In this document: positions 18,788 through 27,067 of the stretch, in pieces
Layout: every line of letters begins with the position of its first letter
Position numbering within the stretch: position 1 is the first letter of the stretch
DNA from: Promethearchaeota archaeon
Lineage (GTDB): Archaea > Asgardarchaeota > Lokiarchaeia > Sigyniarchaeales > SOKP01
DNA length: 45,954 nucleotides
Reading direction: 5' to 3'
Assembly (NCBI GenBank): GCA_013375475.1
Contig: JABXKD010000023.1
Coordinates: forward strand, 1 to 45,954
The notes under the pieces: model-generated
Told to the model about the DNA's origin: nothing
The model's input: the letters and a program-made list of their open reading frames with translations, nothing else
Database searches by the model: none
Translations under genes and position numbers: made by a program

Positions 18788-18860
18788 GTGCCCATGGGAG
18801 ATATCTATTCATTGAAATTTAGTTGTGAAACTACTCTCATAGATACACTATAATGGGCAC
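18788..18860 (-). ncRNA. Candidate H/ACA-type pseudouridylation guide sRNA (k-turn hairpin) predicted to target 23S rRNA helix 69 U1911 (E. coli numbering)
   Basis: GUGCCCA-[UUAUAGU]-GUAUCUAU-GA-GAG-UAGUU(UCAC)AACUA-AAU-UUC-AAU-GA-AUAGAUAU-[CUCCC]A-UGGGCAC; pocket pairs with GGGAG-UA-ACUAUAA; TATAAAAA at 18882-18889 upstream; U-rich tract downstream. Confidence 0.7.
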
Positions 18861-18932
18861 AAAGATTGTAGGTAACAATAATTTTTATAGTTTTGAGTTA
18901 AAATATTAAAAATTAGAATGAAATAAAGCATA

Positions 18933-19580
18933 TTAAATAGTTTCAGAATGTCTTCTTAACATATCAGCATTTGTCTTACCCATTTTAATTGCTAATTCGG
19001 CAATAATTGCATCTAAATACACAAAAGCTGCGATCTCGAACATCGTTCCTTCGGGAGTTAGAATAGCAGTATCATCGTGAAGATCTACTTTATCTCTTTT
19101 AGATCGACCCTTTAATTTTATTGTAATGTCCCCAACTCTCCCAATTATAGTTTCAGGGTGAGATGTAATAGAAATTATTCCAAATGGTTTCGCTGTGTTC
19201 ACATAATTTTTTAAAAGACTTACAACGATGGAAGTTGTACCTGATCCTGAAAGAACTATCAAGATATCATCATTTGAGAGAGACGGTATAGAACCAAGGT
19301 TGGTAACCATATAAACGTCTGCACCAAGATGAACCAACCTTGTAGCAAAACACTGTAGAATGAAAGCTGAACGGCCACTTGCTAGTAGAAAAAATTTGCG
19401 CTTCTTAATTAATCCATCGTAAACCATGTCTATGAATTTTTGGGTGTGTTCGAAATGCTTAGGTTTACTAAGGTGTTCCATGTTATCTTGGAGATTTTGC
19501 AGGATAACATCCATTGATTGGAACAAAATCTGTCTTTCTTTTCCATTTAATCTATGTTCATTATTAACTTTATGAGCCAT
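18933..19580 (-). CDS. 6-phospho-3-hexuloisomerase-like SIS-domain protein
   Basis: SGRS, FATRLVHLG, SGSGTT, TPEGTMFE, RHSE; PHI/HxlB family pattern. Confidence 0.8.
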   Translation of the reverse strand: MAHKVNNEHRLNGKERQILFQSMDVILQNLQDNMEHLSKPKHFEHTQKFIDMVYDGLIKKRKFFLLASGRSAFILQCFATRLVHLGADVYMVTNLGSIPSLSNDDILIVLSGSGTTSIVVSLLKNYVNTAKPFGIISITSHPETIIGRVGDITIKLKGRSKRDKVDLHDDTAILTPEGTMFEIAAFVYLDAIIAELAIKMGKTNADMLRRHSETI

Positions 19581-19770
19581 TTCTAATCAGAATTAATTTA
19601 TTTTTGGATATATGTAACTTAAGTTGACATCAAAAAAATACATTTTGATTAATACTATTTTTAATTGGAATATTATAAATCCCTATTATCAAGGGAGTGA
19701 TTTACTAACAGTATCTTCAATTTTTAATCAGAATTATTTTATTTCTAGAGAGTAAAAAATAAATAATGAA

Positions 19771-20736
19771 TTGACGATATTGTACAAAAGTAAATATAAA
19801 AATAAATTGAGATTAATCTTGAAAGATTTATTAATGGAATATTTGAAAGAGGAATTTGAAAGTAGTGAACTTAACCGCCTTCCTGAAAAATACAGAGGTG
19901 AAATTATTTTCTCTCAACCTTTAATTGGTGTTGCTCAAGGTGATGACCCTATATTTTTTAAATTTAAAGAGATTGTAGGATCTGAGCATTATACCCCGTT
20001 AGAAATGTGGTTAGCGAGTGGTCAAAAACAATTGCCCGCATCAAATCTTAATATTGTTTCTATAGTATTTCCATTTACTGATGAGATTAGAAAGAAAAGC
20101 ATTACTCCAATTAGAATATCAAAAATGATATTACCTGCGGAAATTTATTCTGTTGCTAGAAATTTTGCAAAGGATTTTAGAAATAATATAATGGAGAAAA
20201 CCATTGAATTCTTACAAAATAAAGGGTACAGTGCTATTTCTGGAAAACTTAGCGAGGCTTATACTTTGGTTGCAAAAAAGGATTTTTATTCTACTTGGTC
20301 TGAAAACCATGTTGCATTTGCCGCGGGATTAGGAACATTTGGATTACATGAAGGCATTATTACGGATTTAGGGTGTAATGTTCGATTAGCTTCGGTGATA
20401 ACAAACGCACCGCTTAAAGTTACACCAAGAAAAAGTGATGAACCTTACGCTAATTGTTTATATTATGCTAAAGCAACTTGTAGAGAATGTGCAAAAAATT
20501 GCCCTGCGAATGCGATTACTGAAAAAGGTTATGATAAAACAAAGTGCAACAAATATCGCAATAAAGTCGCGAGAGATATGGTACCACGCCTTAAACCAAT
20601 TCTTAAAGCATACAGTCGCCGAATTAATTGGAAATACAAAGCGCAAAATTATCCCGTAGGTTGTGAGCTATGTCAATTTGGAGTCGAATGCATGGATAAA
20701 AATCCTATGATCCGACACGATTTAGATTTCGATTGA
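19771..20736 (+). CDS. QueG/reductive-dehalogenase-like 4Fe-4S protein
   Basis: WSE.HVAFAAGLGTFGL, G..VRLASVIT, C-x7-CRECAKNCP, GCELCQ.GV.C; start uncertain. Confidence 0.75.
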   Translation: MTILYKSKYKNKLRLILKDLLMEYLKEEFESSELNRLPEKYRGEIIFSQPLIGVAQGDDPIFFKFKEIVGSEHYTPLEMWLASGQKQLPASNLNIVSIVFPFTDEIRKKSITPIRISKMILPAEIYSVARNFAKDFRNNIMEKTIEFLQNKGYSAISGKLSEAYTLVAKKDFYSTWSENHVAFAAGLGTFGLHEGIITDLGCNVRLASVITNAPLKVTPRKSDEPYANCLYYAKATCRECAKNCPANAITEKGYDKTKCNKYRNKVARDMVPRLKPILKAYSRRINWKYKAQNYPVGCELCQFGVECMDKNPMIRHDLDFD

Positions 20737-20906
20737 AGTTTTATCAACGCATTAATTTCTTTTAAATCATTATTAGGTATTTATTAAATGGATTCAAAAA
20801 TAAGTTTTCTCTAATATAAAGTTGAATCTTTCATTAGATTAAGCAATAAGTAAAATATAAAAAAAAAGAAAAAAATAAGATTAGAGCTCTAAACAAGAAT
20901 GTTTCT

Positions 20907-21125
20907 CTATTTATATTTAATTGAAAGCAAGAGATCATTCTTAGTGATTTTCTTTCGGTTAGCATGCATGGTAAAAGCTCGAGCTTGTTCAGTTAAACCA
21001 GTAGCTGTCTTTTCAAGATGGTCAATTAAAAGATCTACTGCGTTTCTTGCTACAATGCTTGCACCCTGTTGTTTCATGAGTCTCCTAATTGGTGACCATG
21101 CAAAACTATGTTTCTTTTTAGCCAT
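20907..21125 (-). CDS. Archaeal histone (HMf-like fold)
   Basis: PIRRLMK..GA..V...A, A...HANRK.I...D; GGAGG before ATG. Confidence 0.92.
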   Translation of the reverse strand: MAKKKHSFAWSPIRRLMKQQGASIVARNAVDLLIDHLEKTATGLTEQARAFTMHANRKKITKNDLLLSIKYK

Positions 21126-21210
21126 TTTTTATTCCTCCACTATTAGAATTTTTTAAAGTATTAATTTTTAATTTTTTTTGTATTTATTATTAAAGTTTCT
21201 TAGATAGTAA

Positions 21211-21252
21211 TATATCCGAAGAGTTATTTAAATATTTTGTTATATCTGAAGA
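21211..21252. repeat. 12-bp direct repeat TATATCYGAAGA (30-bp period) flanking a TATA-like element upstream of the histone gene
   Basis: tatatccgaaga at 21211-21222 and tatatctgaaga at 21241-21252 with TATTTAAATA between. Confidence 0.5.
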
Positions 21253-21747
21253 ACTTCACGAATTTAATGCATAAAAAATCACGACAAAAAAACTTGGTTT
21301 TATTATAACTGTCAATTTCTATGATCATGCAATGGTTGATCATTCGAAAAATTTGAATTAACTTTTTTAGAATCAAAATAATTCAAATATCAAAATAGAG
21401 TCAATCGTGTTTTATATCGATTTTGTTATCATTTAATGGGTTACTAAAAAATTTTGAAGTAAAGCAAATCATCCCCAATGAATGTTATATCAAATCATGT
21501 ATGATCTTAATAATTAAGTCATAATCAACCTAATTAGTTAAAATAAGGTTGGTTTAAGAAATCACATGATTGATCCTAGTATGAAAAGTTATTAACATAA
21601 TTCAAGGATTAGAAAAATCAATTTTTTGAAAATTTCAATAAAATGTTATAATTTAAAAAGCAAATTTTATTTAATTTTGATTTTTTTTATAGTATAAGAA
21701 AGATTTATTCTTTATTTTTTAAAATTAGATTATAAAAGGTTAAATAT

Positions 21748-22365
21748 ATGTCTCAACAAATTATGGTCCCAGGGGCAACTGCAGTTGCTATTAAATGTAA
21801 AGATGGAGTCGTATTAGGAAACGATCGCAGAGCGACATGGGGGTATACGGTAATCAATAAAGCCACTCAAAAATTGTTTAAAATTACCGATCACATAGGT
21901 TTGGCGGCTTACGGTTTAATTGGTGATTTCCAGTTTGTATCTAGGGTCTTAAAAGCGCAAGCAGCGTTATACGAATTAGATGCTCACGATAAAATTACGA
22001 CTAAAAGCGTAGCGAAGATGGTTTCTAATATGTTATATTCTCGAAAAATGGCACCATTTTATACAAATTTAATTATTGCTGGGGTAGATAAAGATGGTCC
22101 ACAATTATACACATTAGATGCTCTTGGTTCATTGATGCCGGAAGATTTTGGTGCTACTGGAACGGGAATGTTGCTTTCTATAGGAATTTTAGAGGCTGAA
22201 TACAAACCAGGTATGATGGTAGAAGAGGGGGCAAAACTCGTTGAAAAAGTGATTAGAAACTCAATTAAGAGAGATGTGATGTCTGGTAACGGAATTGATT
22301 TACTGATAATAACTCAGGAAGGCACTGAAGAAAAGCGAATTGAGATTAAGGAATTAGGTGAATAA
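21748..22365 (+). CDS. psmB: 20S proteasome beta subunit, probably non-catalytic (Thr1 replaced by Ala)
   Basis: PG|ATAVAIKCKDGVV, D.RAT, KLFKI, G..GD.Q, AGVD..GP.LY.LD, RD..SG. Confidence 0.9.
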   Translation: MSQQIMVPGATAVAIKCKDGVVLGNDRRATWGYTVINKATQKLFKITDHIGLAAYGLIGDFQFVSRVLKAQAALYELDAHDKITTKSVAKMVSNMLYSRKMAPFYTNLIIAGVDKDGPQLYTLDALGSLMPEDFGATGTGMLLSIGILEAEYKPGMMVEEGAKLVEKVIRNSIKRDVMSGNGIDLLIITQEGTEEKRIEIKELGE

Positions 22366-22458
22366 TAAACACATTTTTTATAATCTTACTTGTTCTCATT
22401 TTTACAAAAAAATTTAATGGAATGCCATATTTATGAAATTGTTAATTTTTTCTAATTA

Positions 22459-24501
22459 ATGTGGTGGTATTCTTTGCGTTTGTTTAATAATGGTTATAGA
22501 GAAATAAATGGATATAGTCAAGACGAAATTTCACGCGTTAAAAATTCTATTACAAAGCTTAAATCAGACGAGACGAAATCGCAAGAACTTGATGATATTC
22601 TAAAGAGTGAATTTAAACTCGAGGATATTAACTCTTTTTCGGAGTATTTTAGCAATATCAAAACTTTTAGCGAAAAATATTTAGTTTCACATTCGAAATT
22701 AGAATTTTTCTCTTTAAAACAGGCGATAATTAACGAATTAAAATTGATTTCGAATAATTTAACGAATTTAAGCTCAAACGGAAGAAACGTGAAACGAATA
22801 GTAAAAAACAACGAATATTTAGATCAATTTTTGAACGACAGCAAGGAATTAATAAGTTATGTAAACGCTTTTATACCACGATTAGAAGATTATACAGAAA
22901 AAGCGGAACATGAATATGAAAACGATATAGCTTTATGGACTGAAGCAAATAAAATAAAAAATCTATTCTTCAAATTTAACGATATTCCTAAGAGCTTGGA
23001 TAATTGGGAGGATATTCAAGAACTGGTTGTGTATATTACTAGCTTGGTTGAAGCTAAATTATCAAAAAAAATAAAATCTCGTAAAGATTTTGTGTTAAAC
23101 TTTCATTTTGATGAATTATACCAGTTCGTTTTAAGTAAGGCGGGCGAAAATTTAGATGTTTACAACGACCTCATTTATTTTTTATATCACTTTAGTATTA
23201 TTGAAGATTATGAAGGAGAGGCTTTCGTAAACATCTTGGAAAGGAAAGAATCAATACAAAGTTTAAAAGATAAGCTACGCCCAGTAATACTTGCATTAAT
23301 CAAAGAGAAGTTGAAAAACCATTTACAAGAAATTGAAGAATTAGATAAGAAATATGACTTAAATGGACATGGATTGGGTAAATTAAAAGTAGAGCTCTTG
23401 ATGGAACAAAAGTTTAGCGAATTTTTGCCTAAAATTGTCGATTTATATTTTAAGGGATTAGATAAGAAATTCCAAGGGTTAATGAGTGATACGAGCGATC
23501 CTGAGGAATTTATAAATGTCATTAATTCTAATTTTAACAAAGTTGATGAATTTGCTTTAAAAATTGACGAAATTGATGCTTGGGTATTAAATTTCGATAA
23601 TATTTTAAAACCTTACACTAATATTACATCTACTCTAAAAAAGACGCTAGCAAACATAATTTCAGAGATATTGCGACGAAGGGAAGACTATTCGAATTAC
23701 CTCAACAACATTAAAGATGAGAGTTTAAGAGTGGATGTAAGGAGTTTTGTCGATGAAAAAATCGCTGATGTAAATAAAATAATTAATTCTTACGAGGATG
23801 AGACATCTCTTATTATTAAAGAGGAATTGCCGCAACTTAGAAAAATCAAAGACCTTCTAAGCAACTACAAAGGAAAAATTGAACAAATAAAAAGCGAAGT
23901 CTACCAAAAATTGGACAGGTACAAGAAAAATAATATTGATATGTATACTGTTATTAAAACTTGGGAAGATAATTTTACCCGTAAGCAACAACAACTTACT
24001 TTTTTATTAACTGTTCTGATGAATAAGATTTTTAAAAGTTTCAAGGAGTTAATAGACACTGAGTCAATATTGTTTGCAGAAATCACAGAAATAACAAAAC
24101 AATCAGAAAATTTTGAAGGCTTGCCGTTCAATTTTGCATTATCTTCGTTTTTGGCAAACAAGTTATCTGAAGATGAGCTAAAAGAGAGGATTTCAGAAAT
24201 AAATTCAAAAATAAACCAAATTACATCGAGTCTTGGTTTATACGAAGTAGAACGCGCTAAATTAGAGGAGATTTTAACAAATAAAGCTAAACTGAGACAA
24301 GGTGTATCGGTATCTAATGTCCAATGTACGGTTTGTCATAAATATATTAACTTTGCTCAAGATAAATTAATTACGTGTGTTTTCTGCAATTCTACCTATC
24401 ATTACTTATGCGTCGCCGATTGGCTTGCCAAACATAATTCATGTCCTATGTGTCAGAATCAATTTTTAGATCCAAATTTAGGATTATTTGAGAGTGAATA
24501 A
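22459..24501 (+). CDS. Long helical/coiled-coil protein with C-terminal C4HC3 RING-type Zn finger (putative E3 ligase)
   Basis: CTVC-x13-CVFC-x4-H-x2-C-x3-W-x6-CPMC; true start may be TTG at 22474 after GGTGGT. Confidence 0.75.
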   Translation: MWWYSLRLFNNGYREINGYSQDEISRVKNSITKLKSDETKSQELDDILKSEFKLEDINSFSEYFSNIKTFSEKYLVSHSKLEFFSLKQAIINELKLISNNLTNLSSNGRNVKRIVKNNEYLDQFLNDSKELISYVNAFIPRLEDYTEKAEHEYENDIALWTEANKIKNLFFKFNDIPKSLDNWEDIQELVVYITSLVEAKLSKKIKSRKDFVLNFHFDELYQFVLSKAGENLDVYNDLIYFLYHFSIIEDYEGEAFVNILERKESIQSLKDKLRPVILALIKEKLKNHLQEIEELDKKYDLNGHGLGKLKVELLMEQKFSEFLPKIVDLYFKGLDKKFQGLMSDTSDPEEFINVINSNFNKVDEFALKIDEIDAWVLNFDNILKPYTNITSTLKKTLANIISEILRRREDYSNYLNNIKDESLRVDVRSFVDEKIADVNKIINSYEDETSLIIKEELPQLRKIKDLLSNYKGKIEQIKSEVYQKLDRYKKNNIDMYTVIKTWEDNFTRKQQQLTFLLTVLMNKIFKSFKELIDTESILFAEITEITKQSENFEGLPFNFALSSFLANKLSEDELKERISEINSKINQITSSLGLYEVERAKLEEILTNKAKLRQGVSVSNVQCTVCHKYINFAQDKLITCVFCNSTYHYLCVADWLAKHNSCPMCQNQFLDPNLGLFESE

Positions 24502-24504
24502 TTA

Positions 24505-25374
24505 TTACTCGATTTCAATTTCCTTATAAAGGTTGCTTAAAAACAAGCGGATTTGCTTATTAGAAGAAGGATCATTGTTAAAATTTGAAAAGAGATAGTT
24601 ACCTAAAAATGATTTTATTTCTAGTTCAAAATCTTCATGAGTTATAAATTTAAATTCCTTTTCAAGTTGCTTTTTATCTATAATGGGTTGAACGTGTTTC
24701 TTTATTAAGTACAAAACAAAATTAACAAGGATTTTATCGATATTTTCCTCATCGTCACCTGAAAGTTCATAATCCCCTCTCACGATTCCGTCCTTAATAT
24801 TATTTAACTGTAATAAAGTTATCTCGATGTCTTTAGGTAGTTCTAACCGTTTAATTTTGTTTGTCATGCTTTTATCGTTTACCATTCCTTGTTTTGAATC
24901 GCAATATTGCTCCAAATTCGCAAAGAATCGCACCAGAAATTTAAAATTATCGTCAATGCTGTATAAATTTTCCCATGCACTAAAATTTAATTCTTCCAGC
25001 TCTTCTTCAATTTTACTTTTTACTGTTTTAGTTAATTCTTTTAGATGTTGTGAATAATCTCCATAAGGGAATCCGTGGTAGTAACTGTTATATTTATCAT
25101 TAACATCTTGTGAAGTTGATTTTTGAGCGATTATTTTTTCCTTTCTTACTATTTCTTTTACAAATCTTAAAATATAATTACATGAAGGACAATAGGTTAT
25201 CCACGAACTTAAAATAACTTCTTGTGGTTTTATTGTCTTAGAACTTATGTACCCATTAAAACCAGACAATTTTTTCCCTCCATGTGTAGAAAATATGGCT
25301 TCATCTGGGTAAAATGTTCTTGGAATGAACTTCATTTGACATACAGGACAATTTATCATTTGTTTATCGTTCAT
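24505..25374 (-). CDS. Hypothetical protein with N-terminal Zn-ribbon
   Basis: CPVC...CPSC pair; helical C-terminus. Confidence 0.55.
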   Translation of the reverse strand: MNDKQMINCPVCQMKFIPRTFYPDEAIFSTHGGKKLSGFNGYISSKTIKPQEVILSSWITYCPSCNYILRFVKEIVRKEKIIAQKSTSQDVNDKYNSYYHGFPYGDYSQHLKELTKTVKSKIEEELEELNFSAWENLYSIDDNFKFLVRFFANLEQYCDSKQGMVNDKSMTNKIKRLELPKDIEITLLQLNNIKDGIVRGDYELSGDDEENIDKILVNFVLYLIKKHVQPIIDKKQLEKEFKFITHEDFELEIKSFLGNYLFSNFNNDPSSNKQIRLFLSNLYKEIEIE

Positions 25375-25595
25375 AATTCACTCAACGATGTTTTTTTGTA
25401 TAAAATTATAACTCCTATAAGAACAATTCAATTGAGGGGAAATTTTTTGTAAAATCGGTCAGACCAGAATTTTTAATACTCTTAGCTTGTAGTTTCCAAT
25501 AAATTTCGAAATTTATATTCTTAATTGTAAGAAGTTTTTAGAGGATTATTATATATATATAATACTCAGATATTTTTGGTTATTAAATTTGAATA

Positions 25596-26285
25596 TCAGG
25601 CCCCAAGGTTTTCAAATTGTGATGGGTTAAAAACTGTATCAAAACCATGGTAGATGCCAAAAACAATCATAAAAATACCACTAATTATTAAAACATATTT
25701 GTATATCTTTGGATTCAAAGATTTCCCTCCAAAATAAACGAATATAGATATTGGTAAATACCAAACTACATCTCCTAACTCGTGCCCTAAAAAAAAAGTT
25801 AAAATCTCCATAGGCATCAATAGCGTGATATTAAATCTGACAGCTAATAATGAGAAGCCCGCCCCAGCCCACCAAAATGTCCAAAAGGGGTTCGACAAAC
25901 TAACTAAAATCCCGCCTACATAACTATTCCCTTTATATCCCCTTATCATATTACCCCCGAGAGGATAATCCTTTTCAAAATCTGTTTTTAAAACCCCCCT
26001 TATTGTAAGTATTCCGTAGATAACCAAGAGTAATCCTCCTATAACTCCGACTAAAGTCAAAAATATAATATTTCGAAGAAATAACGAGGCTCCAGCAAGT
26101 AAAGCGATTATTAAAGCAAATTCAATTGTAGCATGTCCAAGAAGAATATAAATCGCTGCTAAATACCCTCTCTTTTGTTTTAATGACTTATAAATCGTGA
26201 ATGTTAAGAGCGGACCTGGGGACAACGCACCAGTAAGAGCGATAAGGAAAGAAACGATAAAAATCTCTATCATTTGATGAAGCAA
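25596..26285 (-). CDS. LysE-family transporter
   Basis: GALSPGPL, GHATIE, SLSNPFW..WW; multiple TM helices. Confidence 0.85.
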   Translation of the reverse strand: MLHQMIEIFIVSFLIALTGALSPGPLLTFTIYKSLKQKRGYLAAIYILLGHATIEFALIIALLAGASLFLRNIIFLTLVGVIGGLLLVIYGILTIRGVLKTDFEKDYPLGGNMIRGYKGNSYVGGILVSLSNPFWTFWWAGAGFSLLAVRFNITLLMPMEILTFFLGHELGDVVWYLPISIFVYFGGKSLNPKIYKYVLIISGIFMIVFGIYHGFDTVFNPSQFENLGA

Positions 26286-26297
26286 CTCTCTGGATTT

Positions 26298-26882
26298 TTA
26301 GAATTCAAATAATCTAGTGATTAACGCCACAATAACAAAGAGTACAACCAGGATCGGGATCATGAAGACGAGAAACATGTAGGATCCCTTAATCATTTCC
26401 CTTCTGAACGATTTAAGTCCTTTTTCCCAGTCTTTTTTTGTTTTTTCTTGCCAATTTTTTACGTCTTCGCTTATCTTTAGCTTTCTAACTTCCCATTGTT
26501 CTTTAGTCTCGATTTGTCTTTTCTCTAAATCTACTTCCCATTCTTTAAGATTTTTATCCCATGATTCTTGATTTTTTTTGAAGAACTCGGTCATTTTTTC
26601 AAAGTCATTTTCCCACGCATTTGTATTTTCCTTGTGTGTCTTCTCTAACTCAGCCCCCCATTCTTTGAGTTTGGCATCCCAATTTTCCTTAGCACTTTTA
26701 AAGAATTGATCAATCTTTTCTTGGTTTTGATTCCATAATTCTTTATTTTTTTTGGTGTTCTCTTCAAAACTCTTTTGAAATCTATGGTATCCTACTGTAA
26801 TATTAGAAATAAAATCGTTCCAACCTTTTAATAATAAGTTTTCCTTGGGTTTGCTTTGTTCGGTTTCTTCTTTTTCAGACAT
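26298..26882 (-). CDS. Trp-rich amphipathic-helix repeat protein with C-terminal TM anchor
   Basis: Internal 40-aa duplication; hydrophobic C-terminal helix; no signal peptide seen. Confidence 0.65.
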   Translation of the reverse strand: MSEKEETEQSKPKENLLLKGWNDFISNITVGYHRFQKSFEENTKKNKELWNQNQEKIDQFFKSAKENWDAKLKEWGAELEKTHKENTNAWENDFEKMTEFFKKNQESWDKNLKEWEVDLEKRQIETKEQWEVRKLKISEDVKNWQEKTKKDWEKGLKSFRREMIKGSYMFLVFMIPILVVLFVIVALITRLFEF

Positions 26883-27067
26883 AAGATTCTGAACTTTTTT
26901 TTGATAGCTTATATTAGTTTATATATCATTAGTTCTATTTAAATTCATTATTTGGATTGTCTATTGAGTTATATTACTCCAATTATGTTAAATTCTTAAA
27001 AGGTTAATAAAAAGGGAGTAAAATCAGCTTAAAAACTTTTATTCGATAAAGAATTACATTTAATATC

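Noticed and set aside
18788-18863. Plus-strand reading of the hairpin as an H/ACA RNA (ends GGGC-ACA), or the hairpin as a SECIS
   Set aside because: The plus strand lacks the tandem G-A k-turn and I recognise no target for its pocket; neither flanking gene has an in-frame UGA needing a SECIS.
20734-20736. TGA stops of the QueG-like gene and others (e.g. 28445-28447) as Sec readthrough sites
   Set aside because: The proteins appear complete, the stops are not in redox-motif context, and no SECIS-like structure follows.
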